NCBI GenBank assembly: GCA_002633005.1 | Contig: NMRA01000216.1 | Location: 468,441 to 532,440 of the forward strand | Length of the DNA stretch: 64,000 bases | Source: Phoronis australis | Lineage: Eukaryota > Animalia > Phoronida | Direction: 5' to 3' | Shown: one piece after another, positions 12,779 through 26,850 of the stretch | How positions within the stretch are numbered: the first letter of the stretch is position 1 | Layout: each line of letters starts with the position of its first letter | Notes under the pieces: generated by a model | What the model saw: only the letters and a program-made list of their open reading frames with translations | Databases searched by the model: none | Told to the model about the DNA's origin: nothing | Position numbers and translations under genes: made by a program

Positions 12779-13980
12779 CTCTGCTGAAGACTGGGACGTG
12801 TAATCTTGGCGTTCAACATATTTCCCAAATGTTGGACGTAACATTTTGAACAAACAAAGTCTGATATAAAATCTTCAAAAATAGCTGCTAATGCAAAATT
12901 CATCTTTTTCATAATTCTTGAGTTTGGTACAACCAATATTGCCTATTTATAAAATTTGGTACAACCTTCAGTTTTGAGTACAGCAAAATAATTAATTTTT
13001 CAGTCCCAAGCTGGCGAATTTTTACTGCTGTACAAAAATAACAATTAACACGAAAAATGCCACTCTGCAAGAAATGTATTCTGGATAGACCCTACATCAA
13101 AAACAGTTGTGTTCCAATGTAACGCTTAAAAGACAGCTATTATAAGTCAGTTGAGTTTTGACCATAGAGTCAAGTAAGTACACTGAAGCATGTCAACATA
13201 GATTGACCGTGTTTCTGTTCGAGTCAGAGCTCACTTGGCGCTATGCAAATGAGTCACATGTCAGAACCTCGTTGAATCATCAAAACATTATTTTCAGACA
13301 CCACAGAACTGAGCAGGGTAGCCTTCCACAGACCAAGTTTCTTACGATGAAAGCATGATCTTGCATTAGCCCTTGGAAAATCACGTGTTAAAGTGTTAAA
13401 GGGTGAGTATTTCGCAAACATGCTCAGGAGCTTATTTAGCCTAATGACAGCCACCGAGGAAGGTGATTGGCCAGTGAACTTGGACTGTTGAATTGTGGGA
13501 TTGAATTAATAAATTATAGGATAACTTACTGTTTCTGTTTCACAAGTGAAGATTTTTCGCACAACTTCAAGCTAATGTATTGTGTCAACAGAACACTACA
13601 GTAATTCTCCACTTAAACCGCACAAAAATAATTGCAAAATCATAATTTTCCATTTATAAGGATGATTACAAGGCTACAAACAATGAAAACTTTACCAAAT
13701 GTTGTTTTGTGACATCTACTTAGTGCAAACTATGCTAGTAATGCTAGAAATTCATTTTTGTGAAGAAAATTGACAAAACCAGTATTTGACGTGTCGGCCA
13801 TATTATGTGCTAAATAAGTCGAAGAATTACCATGCAGTGGTTTTCAAGTGTTTGATAATCTCAACCCTCTACTCCCTCTGGTGTCATTAACCATTAACTC
13901 TGATCAAAGGCTAGTAAGGTGGAATCGATATAGTGTGTCATCCAATAAATGTGATGGCGTCAATCCAATAAAAAAGACAT

Positions 13981-14514
13981 AACAAGCATTTGTTAAAGTG
14001 ACTTAAGTTGTCCTCTCCCCGCAGGATGCATTTGATCGAGCTGTAACTTTAAGAAGTAATGAATATGAATGTGGATGTCCTTGGTGATGTAGATACTGAC
14101 ACCTGGTGACGACCTTGTGTAGCTGAGGTGCCGAATTTACACCTCGAAAAACCTACTATGAAAAAACTGTACGACTTTCTTCTTGAGATATTGCGCCAAC
14201 GTTTTCCACGTAAAAACTTGATTTTCTCGCAATGACCTTGAAATCAAATCAAGGTTAATAAAACCGGCTGGCATCTGAGGATGTCCCACTTACACATTGG
14301 TACAAAATATGAACAAAATATGAACAAAATATGAACAAAATATGCAGCCTCTTTCAGGATACAACGCACCAACATTTTCCAGGGAATAAGTTGATTTTTC
14401 CTTGCTGCTATCTTGAAAATGATGTCAAGGTCTCCAAAATCGACTGCCTTGGTGCATGGAGATGTCCACTAGTACACCTTAGCTGCACACTAACGCACGG
14501 TGGGGGGGCAAAAA
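13981..14514 (-). mobile_element. Diverged HINE-like element, family 2
   Basis: Plus strand starts AACAAG and ends GTGGGGGGGCAAAA. It has an internal repeat of about 180 bp with TGACCTTGA...TCAAGGT and contains (AAAATATGAA/C) tandem copies at 14304-14344. Confidence 0.5.
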
Positions 14515-15455
14515 CACATAACACTTGACTAATCAAACTTGATGGTGACACAGTCCTTGCACTGCATTTTACTCAAAACCTCATACAAAGATTCAAAATA
14601 TAAATCATGTTTGATGGTTCAGAGTTCCCTAAATATAAGACTATAGTCAATGCAACATCGTAGATTTTCAAAATAACCACAATTCAATAAAGACTTTGAA
14701 TTGTTTAGAAAATAATACTAATCATTCAAAACAGAACATTTTAATCATTGTTCAATTTCTGATGTTCCCCTGCAAATTCACCAACAATACCCAGCTGGAG
14801 TGCAGTCAAACTTTTAAAAGTGGACATGGGAATCAAACAATGAAGGCCAATAGATGGCGTTAACCCAAACAGGTACGATACTTAACCCTGCTCTAAAAAT
14901 ACAGACGAACATATCTGCATGTGAAGAAACAGATGGAGTAATGATTTGGGTAAAATGAACTACATCCGCACAAAAAATCCATTTTCAAAGCAAGTAGTTA
15001 AGGAACCTTATCTGAAGCAGACCAACAGTTGAGCAACCTCAGATAACACCGCCATCTATAGACAGAAACCTTGAATCTTCATCACCACCATGAATCTAGG
15101 GGTCATTTTAGTTTATGGGTGAATTTGCCCATATATCATAGAGTACACAAGGGTCAGTTTAGAGACTTCTGCTATTCTACTACACTTAACCATACAAATG
15201 TACCCTCAGGAATTTTAATGTTCCAATGTAGGGGCATACCAAAATAAACCCTGGATATTGGAAGGAGCATATAAATAAAGTTACAGTATATACCAATTTC
15301 AGGGTATACAGTAGCTAGCAGTTATATCATATTTCACGTATTGTCAAACCTGACTTAGACAATCTGAAAGTGTGCAAAATTTTTTAATGTCAACAGGAAA
15401 TAAATGAAGGGTAATTTGTCCTGAAAACAAATTTGTCATGAAAGTTAGACATTTA

Positions 15456-16591
15456 CCGTAAACGTTCGGGTTAACGCCCATGCTCAGTTAACCGCCCACC
15501 CCTACTTTAAGTGGATATTCGATTTAACCGCCCACTGCTCGGTTAAGCGCCCCCCTGCGATTTTTGAAGATTTCCAGTTAAGCGCCCACCTCTCGGTTAA
15601 GCGCCCACCTCTCGGTTAAGCGCCCATCCCCGACTTTTAAAGAATGAAGATTTAGCGCCCAGTGCTATGGAAACGCGCGATTCCCCGACTTTCAGAAAAA
15701 GATCGATGATCACAATGAGCGCAACCACGCCGGGCCTCTGAGACGATGGTTTAGCAATGTGAATTGCAATTATACAAGTAACGAGTTATTGTCTTGGGTC
15801 ATGGACACCCTTCAAAATATAATACTTGAACGTATTTCTCACTTTATTTTCTTCCCATGTTTGCAAAGTTTAAGAACGCCACCGGCGTCAAAACCTCCGC
15901 TTTCAGCGACTTTGTCTGCTGCGCTGAGTTTTCATCTGCAGTGCATTTGATAAAACATATATTCGAAAAAATCAGGCCAGAGAAATGAGACAATGGTTAA
16001 AAGTATATAGTCACGCCCGTTTCTGTTACTTAGGACTGTCGCTATTCTCTTTTGATGTGTAACTTTGTAGTGGTGCACGCGCGCAAGTTCCCACACTTTG
16101 GAGTGCATGTTACCTTGACACCAACATGTGATTGACAGGGAACTCGCACATAGGCCCTACGCGCGTGCTGAATCCCGCCGCTATCTTTGCCCATAAAAAA
16201 ACGAGATGCATATTGAAAGAGGCCGTTATATTACTTGACGGCATTTCCAAGTCACGATTGTCAGCCGACTGAGACATTGCGAGCTAACAACGGGACCGAA
16301 CAGTGCCGCAGTGCGATATTGCAAGTGATATAAATAGGATAATCTGGACATCTTGCATGAAAAATAAATGTTTTTCCACCACGAAGTTTGGTAAGGTGAT
16401 CGTNNNNNNNNNNNNNNNNNNNNNNNNNNNNNNNNNNNNNNNNNNNNNNNNNNNNNNNNNNNNNNNNNNNNNNNNNNNNNNNNNNNNNNNNNNNNNNNNN
16501 NNNNNNNNNNNNNNNNNNNNNNNNNNNNNNNNNNNNNNNNNNNNNNNNNNNNNNNNNNNNNNNCCCAGGGCGTTAACCCGAACGTTTACGG
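15456..16591. mobile_element. Young non-autonomous Tc1/mariner/pogo-superfamily element
   Basis: Perfect 24-bp TIR CCGTAAACGTTCGGGTTAACGCCC, TA on both sides, repeated subterminal GTTAAS(C)GCCC motifs at 15470-15660, and a CpG-rich interior. The right subterminal part lies in an N gap. No transposase ORF is visible. Confidence 0.9.
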
Positions 16592-16724
16592 TAATAACGC
16601 ACATAAGTACGCAGCAACTGATGTGGTTGAAGGCAAGACTGTACTTTTTGTTAGACAGCTTAAGTTATGCTCATCCGTAATCTCAGTACAATCTCCTATC
16701 TTCAGGCGCGTAGTTATGAGCATG

Positions 16725-17231
16725 TCTTTTTAGTACTAAAATTTAGAAAGCAAAACGCTATCAATAACATGACATTTAATAATGCTGTTACAGTTTTCTA
16801 AACTATCATTTCATTTTCGTTTTTTTGAAAATAATGAAAGTATTATTTTTGATAAGCCCTCATGCAAAAGTAGATCAATTTAACAACAATTCCTGACATT
16901 TTACAGAGCTGTACATAAACCTTGTTAGTACTAAAATTTAGAAAGCAAAACAATGCTATCAATAACATGACATTACAGTTTCCTAAATCATCATTTCATT
17001 TTATTTTTTTAAACTTTTCATTTTTTTGATAATAACAACGAAAGTTTTAGTTTTGAAAACCCCTTATGCAAAAGTAGACTACTTTAAAAACAATTTCTGG
17101 CATTTTACAGAGCTGCACATAAACCCGTGGCATCTGAAAGTTTCAAATGAGTACGATTAGATACAGTCTGAGATGATGTTGTGAAGTTAGCCAAATTTGA
17201 ACATTTTCCTAAGGTCCTGCATAACCCTAAT
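16725..17231 (+). mobile_element. Family K (Kolobok-like) fragment with internal tandem duplication of about 195 bp
   Basis: TTAGTACTAAAATTTAGAAAGCAAAAC occurs at about 16730 and about 16925. It ends CCTGCATAACCCTAA, like other family K ends. Confidence 0.6.
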
Positions 17232-17798
17232 CAGATTAGAAATGCTTTGTAGGCTTGAGAAGAACTGACAAGTCATTAGCGCTACAAACCAGGCCCATTA
17301 GCTGCTTGTCATGGTACTAAAGGGGTTTTCAGACTTCAGTGTCTGGTGATTTGTTATAACAACCTTCAATTCAAACCAAGGATTAAACCTGACATTGCTT
17401 TGAAAGACTAAATACACCTGTGAAGAAAGTTGACATTTTTAAAACCGGAACATGTGGTTTAAGACAGCTTTAAATTGAGAACAGGTTTCAAAGGCAAGTG
17501 TTGGGTATCAAATCCCCTCCTCCTTGGGTCAACCAGAGTACAGCAAACCCTGGGCCTCAGTGCCGAGTCAAGTGTCCCTGGTCCCTGGGTTGACCAGAGT
17601 ACAGCCGCCCCCCCCCCCCTCCCAGACTTAAAATACTCATTGAAGATATATGCTACATAAAAAAGAAACATTCGCCAGAAAAATTAAAGAAGCATATAGT
17701 TAGACTTACAATACTAACATGCACCACACACCTAATACTGATGCAATCACCAGAAACATTTAAAGAGGCATGCACCAGAACTACATATGACTACTCAC

Positions 17799-18060
17799 CG
17801 TACACATTTGAAACACGCCGTATGGTAGACGTCACGACGGATACACACGCGGTCGTCACGCACCATGAAGCCGCAATATCCACACTTATCCAGCAACATC
17901 CCGTCGGGAAAACTATGGCCGTTGCGCCGCAGAGACTTCATGGCTGTCTCGCTGTCAGTCCTGCTGTTGTCCTCTCCCACCAGGGGCCGCCGGTCACAGC
18001 CGGCCTGAGTCAGATTCCTGAGGACACAGATCTGCTCCAGCTCCGAATCGAATGCATCCT
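17799..18060 (-). CDS. Internal coding exon of a LIM-domain protein (first zinc finger of the LIM domain)
   Basis: Acceptor tcttctttcag| and donor |gtgagt bound a GC-rich 262-nt open frame (phase 1 in, phase 2 out). It reads DAFDSELEQICVLRNLTQAGCDRRPLVGEDNSRTDSETAMKSLRRNGHSFPDGMLLDKCGYCGFMVRDDRVCIRRDVYHTACFKCV(R), which matches LIM C-x2-C-x16-H-x2-C-x2-C. The exon for the second finger was not found in the window. Confidence 0.88.
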
Positions 18061-19044
18061 CTGAAAGAAGACATGTTGTTTTTTGTTAAAAACAGACCAC
18101 CATCCCAGAAACTTAATCAGAAAGTGATGGTTTTAAAGGATTACATTGGAACATGTGCATATTTCAAGTCATTACTTGGTGAAATGAAATTTCTCCAGGA
18201 ATGTTGCATAGTCATGAATCTTTTTGTTTCATTCAGATCGCAATTGCTACCCGATCAACGTAAAATTTACATATAATGTGTTTAATGAATGGCTCGAAGC
18301 CTGTTGTTTTGGTTAAAATTGGAAACGGAAAAGATCCAAGGGGTGCTCGCATTTCAAGTTTTTCAACAGTTTATACATCACATTCATTCGAAAATGAACA
18401 TTAGGGCTTGAGGTTTAATCTGAGATTGAACTCAAAATTATTTTTAGCATTTTCTATTCTGCTTTTGCATGAAACTCAGGACGAGTGTCTATAATTCTAC
18501 GCTGAAATACATAATGACTTACTTAGATAATTATCTGATCCTAGTTTGCACTTAATGACCCCATCATTAGGCTAAAAGTTCAAGTCTGAACTTCAAATTT
18601 CAAGTGTTTACTCAAGTTCTTAGCTCTAATCTAGTGGTCATCAAAAGCGAACTTGGACTAGAAACTCATTTGCATAAACTATAATTGACTCGAGCACAGA
18701 ATAATAAACAATTATCTTGAGTTCTACAAAACTAGACCAGAAAATGGCAAAAATAATTTTGAGTTTGATTTCAGTTAGAAAGATTAGATCCCAGCCCTAG
18801 TTGCACTGTGCTTGTCAAGAACATATAGGACAAATTGCATCAAGACTGTCAAAGAGCATTCAGCCCATGACAAAGGGCCGCTAGGGGACACTCTACAGTA
18901 GTCATCCAAAAAATCAACACCACCTGCGCTTTCCTTAACTCCTCTCCCATACCCCAAACTTGAACAAAGACCAAGACAGTGGGGGATGCAAAGAAAAATA
19001 TAATTGCCATAAGGGAACACCACTGTGACAGTAGTTCGCTATGT

Positions 19045-19435
19045 CTCATGAGACAACCCCTACACTAACACTTGAGGTTTTGATACCCCAAAGTTCAAGC
19101 AAGCCTAAGCCAGACTGTGGCTAACAGTCTTAATTAATTTGCAGATTTATGCTCATGCTAGGCTGCCATGCTGAAGAAAACCTATTAGCTAATATCTCTT
19201 ACGATGCATCGATTTTAAAAATTCAAAGACGACTTTTGTTACTTTTCAATTTTAAAAACAGTCATGTTGGTCGTTTGCCATGCTTATTGTTAGCTTTTGA
19301 CTTTTAAAACCGTACACTAAACAGGCTTGTTCGTTTACGACCCGCAATTATCTCATCCAGCACGTTTAGCCAAGCCCAATAGTGACTACAATAGTTCACT
19401 TCAATCCGTGATGGCACCATCAACCCTTTGCCATA
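19045..19435 (+). mobile_element. Dispersed repeat family C, copy 3 (3' truncated)
   Basis: Colinear similarity to 4775-5270. Confidence 0.7.
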
Positions 19436-19569
19436 AGTGGCATAGAATGTGTGATAATCTGTTTGAAAATGGAAAGACATCGTTGTTTCATGATAGGAAC
19501 CTATTTGCGAAAATAACAAAAGTGGAATGGCTTCATGGACTCCTTAAAAGAAACGTGTTAGCTCAATTG

Positions 19570-19800
19570 ATTCCATGAAAATGCATAAAGGAGTAGATAC
19601 AGAGGCAAACATAAAAAACTAAAATCACCACTAGGGGCACAGCGGTAATCAAATTGGTCCAAAATTTGTTGGCATCTGTGGTCACCATCTCGGGAATAAA
19701 TTTGCCAAATCTTCAAAATGAAGATATTGCAAGGGTTTACGAGATAAAACACCGGATGCAAGACAGAGATGCAAGCAATATGCTTGTGGGCATATAAAAA
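19570..19800 (-). mobile_element. Old HINE family 1-related fragment
   Basis: Contains AAAACTAAAATCACCACTAGGGGCAC and ends TGTGGGCATATAAAAA, like the HINE terminus. Confidence 0.55.
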
Positions 19801-22800
19801 CAGTTATGGCACACAATCTATCCTCTAACAAATGTAAAATAAAATGTTGTGTCAGTGATTCCAATTGTGAGTATGTTTGCGAAGATTATGTCCATGTTCA
19901 AATCAAACTGGAACACTATCACTCAGACTCCTGACTATGTCAGGCTGAAAGTTAGTCAACTGAGCTCACTGACTTCTCAAACTCGACAAATGAGCAACCC
20001 TCGACAAAAACAATTTAATGTAATAAGCCGATCATTTATAAGAATTTACATTACTACCCTTCAAACCAAGGGAGCACAAGGAGTGCATTCCGGGACAAAA
20101 ACAAATTTTTGTTATAAGCTGATAATTTGTAATAATTTACATTAGGGTCTACTCTTCAATCGCAGTCAGAAAACAAGACGTTTAGTGATTCATTCTTTGA
20201 AATAAACAACATAGAGCTCCAATCAAACATATGATTGGTTTCTATTTTTCTTCTTCTGACATCATCTTGGGACTTCATTGATGTGTGGTTCACATGCACA
20301 AACAAATTACAAACACAACATTTACACTTTAGAGAGGAAGTACCATGATGTATTTACAGGAGACGGCAGTCTTTGTGTTAAGTGAGACGGTGATTTATGA
20401 AAAGTGGAAATGAAAGTATCTTCTCAAGGAATGGCAATGACTGATGGCACTATACTTAATCAACTAAAAGCTCAAAGTGGGGCCTGTGAATAATCAAGAT
20501 GGCTTATAATACTACTGTAAACCAAAATGCCTGATGACTAGAAAACAATGTTCTAGGTATAATCTCACTAATTTAGGACACAATGTGGCACAGAAATTTT
20601 ATTTCCTCATTTTTTTTCATGTAAGGCACATTGCACCAAATTGATGCTCTCCCATGTTCGAATCTTTTGCCACAACTGACATATTTTGAAAAATAGTGGG
20701 AATTAGAAGCCCTTGAAAATTGAGACAAAGTCAATTTCAGTGATTGTTTTTGTTCGGAACAGCTAATATTATACCATTGTAATGGTTTTATCGCAATGAA
20801 AGTAAGCATACAGTTTAATAAGCACCAATTCCAGACAAACATAATTCCTGAAATTTAAACCAAGAAGGTTTTTGTTGTTTATCAAAGTTCTAGAGGTTTG
20901 AGAGTTCCACGCAGAAATATCTTTGAAAACCATTGTTCTTGGTTCATGTTTTGGGGTGCAATCCTTTGTTTTGTTTTATTATTTCCACAAGTTATCCTTC
21001 AAACGTTGCAATTTCCACTTGAAAGTGCTGGCAGCAGAAGACTTAAGCACAAGACAAACCTATAAATACAAAACACTATTTCCCCAGTCATAGAGGCCAA
21101 TTCTCTTAACAGAAAAAATGACTGGCAAAAACTGTTGCCTAATTTTTTTAACAGCAAATATGACAAATAATAACTATAATGGGGACAAAATTTTAATTGC
21201 ATAATGGCTAAGCCACCCGACTAACTTTCTTGTTCTTCTTCATTCCTGTCGTGAGGGAATCCTACTCTGGTGATGAATTCGGCTTCAGCCCTGCCAGGGA
21301 GTTCTGGGTCGTTTTGTTTGAATACCTTTGGTGTGTTCTGTGAATGTTTCTGCTGTTATCTATGCCATATTGAGCCTCACTCACTAGCGTGCAAATTATT
21401 TTTTCACAACAAAAAACTTTCGAACAAATATTTTGCACATAGGCACATGCTTGATTAAGGCACATGAGGTGTCCATTTATGTGAACAGGTTGATGTCTAA
21501 AGAAACATTTCCTGCAAACTCTCAACCTAAATTGCAAATTATAAACAAGGTTACTTGATGACACTCACACAACCTATTTGACAAATCACACTTTGACGAT
21601 CACGAGAAAATAAATTTCATACTGAACATATCGACAGCAAGTTGAATAGTGTCAAAGCCCGTGACTTTATAAAAAGGTGGCCTGCTTTTCCCCATTTGTG
21701 TCGCTTTAATTCATTTGTGGCTGGTGTTGATAGTATGAAAACATTTTACACCAGAGATGTAAACTTACTTAGCTTTTTAAGGCTGTAAATAGGGATGATT
21801 AAATAGAATTGTGCATTGTTGCACATCTTTAGCCCATTTTAGTACTCACAACATTTCCACTTCTACTGTCAGAGTACATTACTCAAATTTCACTTAGGCT
21901 AAAAATTCACCAATTTGGGGCAGTGAAAAATAATTATTTTGTTCTAGGTCAGAGCTTGTCCCAAATTCTAGAAATAGGCAATGTTGGCTGTCCTAAATTC
22001 AAGAATCACCAAAAGGCGGCAAAATCACCAACTCTGTATATTGAAAACAAATAGTCCGAAATTTGAGAAATATGGTGAATACCAAAATTCAGAAACAAGA
22101 AACTTCAATTTTTCAGATAGTTTCAGAGTTCCAAATTTTAAAGAGCGTCCCAAATGGGAAAAATTTTTCCATACAACACAAACTTTGGTCTGATTTTTAT
22201 CAAATGCTTCTCCAACAGACCTTGTGTTATATAAAAGAGAACAGGGTACTTATAAAGTAAAAACATGTTTGCCATCAATTTTAAGTGAAGAGTATAACCT
22301 GCTTATGTACAAGTCAGAATGAATAATGATGTCTAGAACAGGAACCTCAGGCAACTTGCTTCCAGAAGAAATAGTTATGAAGACTCTTGAGATGTACCAT
22401 TTAGAAGCCATAATGACAGTGATCAGTTAAAGAAAGATGAAGTGAAATGCAATAACAGTCATCAAAACGTCATCAAGAACGTTCATTTGATTATTACCAT
22501 GGTAACCACTGGAAATTAATATCTATCACTTTCCAAATTCATACAATTGATTACCAACCAAATCAAATGAAGGGAGAAGACAGACTGCCACGTTCAGACC
22601 TCATCCATCCAACTTATTGGACACAAATCTCAGGCATCAATGAAGAAGAAATATTACCAATTTGTCCTCAAGAGTGAACTTGTCCTAATATTGAAAAAGC
22701 ATTGCTGAGGTTACCTTATTTGTCTAGGCTGACATCAACATTCAAATAAAAGCCTTTTCTCAAATTTTCTAAGCCTTAACATGTAATATACAGTGTTTGT

Positions 22801-23023
22801 ACTATCACTTAAATGACTTTTTAAAGAGCTCAAAACTTTTGTTCAACTCAGGGTTGTCATGAATTTAAGGGGAAGCGTATCAACCACAGACTTGAGATAA
22901 TTCAGAGAGACTGGATTTTAATTTTAAAAACTTGATACAAAGGTTCTGTGAATTCAACATTATCAGGAGAAAAGTGATTTTCTGACTCGGCCTCAGTGTG
23001 GAATCCATGAAATCGAACCTGCA

Positions 23024-23569
23024 ACCAGAAGCGTGTTCAATACAGTGAGCGTCCGCGAGCGATTTGAGCACCCTCGTCCTGAACAGCTGTGTTTACGTTA
23101 GCGCTCGCGAGCGTTCGCGAACAACCTCGAGAGCATGTTGCTTAGATTTCCAAGATGGTGCCTGTGAAGACTTCACGTCTGCAACATATGAACCCATTAT
23201 GGTTCTGAAACACGAAAACTAACTTCAAAAGTTGACCAACTCATCCGAAAGTGCGACTTAAATTGCGGGTCGCTGTAGCGAGGAACATTTTCCTCAACGT
23301 AATTTTCGATTCTTGTCATTTCAAGGCCTTCCTGGTTGTTGTCTCGGGCTGCCGATATTAATATTGGCAAAGATTCATCATAGTCATCGCTCAGTACGCC
23401 ATAAGAAGGACTGATAGTGTTAAGCTAATCGCCTAAGACGTTCAACACAATCTGCTTCAGAGTCGCCATACTGGATCGCACAGTGAGCGCTCACAGCTGT
23501 TCAGGAGCTGTTTCTTGTATTTGCTAGTACACGTTAGCGGGCGCTCACTTTGTTGAACATGCTTCTGGT
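23024..23569. mobile_element. TIR element (possibly PIF/Harbinger-like) inserted in a minus-strand tRNA-like sequence
   Basis: ACCAGAAGCGTGTTCAATACAGTGAGCGTCCGC is inverted at 23537-23569. The interior is CpG-rich. Confidence 0.75.
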
Positions 23570-23627
23570 GTCACAGCCTAACACTCTGCTGGTAGAGCTA
23601 AATCCCACTCAATAAATGATAGGGTAT

Positions 23628-24741
23628 CTTAACAAGGTACCCAAACTTCACGGTTAAGGGACTGCTAAACACAGTGTTGGACGCAAAAACATGACTCACA
23701 TACCTGCAAACCCCATTCACCGACTCAAATACACGGGTCCGGGCTCTCAAAACACGATTCATTCACCTAAAATACAGTCACGGACTCACAAATACGACAC
23801 ATGGACCGCCAAACACAGTTCACTCCCAGGTAAGTAACGTGAAATAGTGATCGCCCATGGGCGTTCATTTGGTGTTACAACTTTCGGTCTCAAGTGACCA
23901 GATAGTGGGGGCGTTTATTCAGAGAATTTCCTCATAAAAGGCCACTCAGCGTCAAGTTTTAGGTGCAAATTCAGTTTTGTGGAACATGTATTAATTCTAA
24001 AAACGAAAAAAGTTTTAGCGAACTGTGCATTTTGTAACATGAAATTTGAAAACAGTTTTAAGTAAGAAATGTCAAAGTCAGGAAACCTCTTAATAAAAAC
24101 TACGACTTTACGTTTACACGCCCTCCTTTTCCGAATAACGTCCGGGCGTTTACTTGGTGCTACTAAAACGCCTAAAATTTTTCATTTTCCGAATACATGC
24201 CCATGGGCTTATCTACAGAGAATCCCGGTATGCAGAAAGGGAATTGAAACAGAGGGTCTATTTACTAGTTTGAACAGTCCAAATACTGTCATTTTGAGAA
24301 GGCAGAAAAATAATGAAAGTCGCAACTCACTCACAGTCAAAACTGAGAATTGATGTTGCAAAAAGATTTTGGACACCAAAAATTGTAGAACAAATAAGCA
24401 GTTTACATAAAAATTAATGTTTATTGTTTCTAATTCACAACAATTACATCACATTACAGACAAACATACGATCAAAATTATATTTAATCTCGCACCCATT
24501 ACACAGCTGTCGAAGCCAATTTCTACATTTTATCCGTAAATCGTGTTTGACAGTCCGTGTGCAGTTTCTACGTGAATGTGAGTCGGTGACCGTGTATTTT
24601 GGGTGAAAGAATCATGTTTGCGACTCCAATCCCAGGTATGTGAGTCAGTGAATGGTGTTTGCAGGAATGCTGGTTTTTGCGTCCGACATCGTGTTTAGCA
24701 GTGCAGTCCGTTAACTGCGTAGTTTAGGTACCTTGTTTAAG
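23628..24741. mobile_element. Non-autonomous DNA transposon with diverged TIRs of about 200 bp, carrying a nested fragment at about 23850-24230
   Basis: 23628-23820 is the imperfect reverse complement of 24540-24741 (ends AACAAGGTACC / GGTACCTTGTT). No clear TSD. Confidence 0.75.
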
Positions 24742-26640
24742 CATATCTAACTATTAAAAGACACCCGACTTGTATCGGGAATGTCTGGCAGACGAGAATT
24801 GGCGACTTGTAATCAACTGGCATAAACCCAACATATTTTGTTGTTTTGCAGCTCTGGTCAAAGCTGAGAACTTCAAGAAGTTTATCTCATCCAACAACCC
24901 CATAAGACCGACATCACTTCGACAACAATCAACAAACACGCGCACTTACCATTCAAAAGTTTTCAGCGACTTAAACCAATCTCACAACCAGTCTCATGTA
25001 GTTCCTTTTTCAAATGAAAGCAAGTAAAAATACCAACTTCGCTTGCTATTTCCAAATGCAGCTATTAGATAATTGCATTTTTACCACTATGCTTTTTTGC
25101 TCTTAACAGTAGAAAAAAAACAATTCAAAAATATCATTCTTCCTCTACTATAATTGAATGCATTTTCAACCAATCTGCTGTGATTCGTTTTCTCAAGCAA
25201 AAAAGTTTGAAAGCACTTATCTTTTCTTGCTACCCACAAATGCCCTCAGACACCATTTTCATCCAGCCTTCGACAAATATGGTACTCCTTTTTAAACCTA
25301 ATCCAATTCTAAATATTTATTCCGCACATGCCCACACACAAATACCTTCAAACAGCTCTGAGCTTCATCCAGACATCTGAAATTGCTCTTTTTAAACCAA
25401 ACAATTCAACTGAACCTCTATCTTGCTCCAGCAATTTCCCAACTTCCTACACACTCTCTGATAAGAATCCTCAACACAACCAGAGCCAACTAAACACTGA
25501 GGCAATTTCAAGCTCATGTCAACTTCAAAGACTGTCAAATGCAAATTAAACACTTGTAAGTCATGACTTAATTACTGTGAATCCTTTAATGCCTTGTTTC
25601 CCAGGTGAGACCCAGGCAAAGCTGAATTTAAATCAACACCCAGGGTGTTTCACTGTTAATTACCTTACTGACAGAGGTACGAAAAATTTACCTGTAGCTA
25701 TATATATCTATATACCTGTATAATCTCAAGTTACGGGATTCAGTCATTTGGTAAATTCACCAGGCGGTGCCTACCTGTAACTTTGTTACTTTGTAAGATA
25801 TGCAAAAAATGAATTCAAAATACTGGGAAATATGAGCACCGAGAAATGGTTTTACCAGTAACTAATAGCTTTTCTTCTAGGCATCCTGGTTTGTTTTGCT
25901 GGGTGTAGAAAACACCACAGCGCACAGCAGGTGCAAAAACTCTGAGGAACAAATATTACAAACTCCACCCAATTTCACTGCACTTTATGCACTTTGACCT
26001 TTCTATGCCTGGATAACGAAAATTGGTGCGTGCCCATCTGAGAGCATAGATTTGGGGGGGGGGGGTTTGTTATCCAATCCAGAATCCAGGAAGTGTCAGG
26101 CAGGAGAGCGTCTGCTCAGTATTTAGCTAGTACCTGAATTGGATACGGTGTTACTTGTTAACAATATCTCAAACCTTATTCACAAAAATTGTCCGTTTTT
26201 ACAATATTTCACAATACCTTATCTTCATTTTCGGGGAACTTCAAATACGAAATATTTACCATGTAGCGAGAAAAAGATTTAGTGCAACCACCTTCAACAG
26301 CATGGAAATTTGTAACTTATCCGAAGTCAAAGGTTACATGGCTGTCACTCAAATCGAATCTCCCCGCGCCAGAGGTATAGAACATTCCGTATGTACCCTC
26401 AATCCTTTCATTCACCAAGTCGCCACGATATTGCGTCAATGAGGTTTACATAGCTTTAACCATCGACTCGACTTCTATTGTCCATTTCGTACTTGGTTTC
26501 TTGATATTCTTCCTGGTGCATGGTGTGTATGCAATGAACTGTTGACCTACTTACTGCCTTTTGACCTAGATAAGTCGAGATACATAAACCCCACATATGA
26601 AATTAAAACATTTTAGTAATAATTAAGTAAATTACACATT

Positions 26641-26832
26641 ACAAATCCGGTTGACACTGCGAGTGAGTCGCGCCACCTATTGGCCACATCATGTGACCTA
26701 ATGAAAGTCCGAAAAGATTATTGCCCCCGACCAGAACTCGAACCCAGGACCTCAGTCTGCTATCCGTGTAGACGCTCCAGCCACTGAGCCATCAGGACCA
26801 CCGGTCAAACAAAGAAATCTAATCAGACTATG
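26641..26832 (-). mobile_element. tRNA-derived repeat, second copy
   Basis: Reverse complement reads GGTGGTCCTGATGGCTCAGTGGCTGGAGCGTCTACACGGATAGCAGA...CCTGGGTTCGAGTTCTGG, homologous to 11991-12068, and the flanks are also similar. Confidence 0.75.
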
Positions 26833-26850
26833 TTGGTTGTTAGTGAAAGT

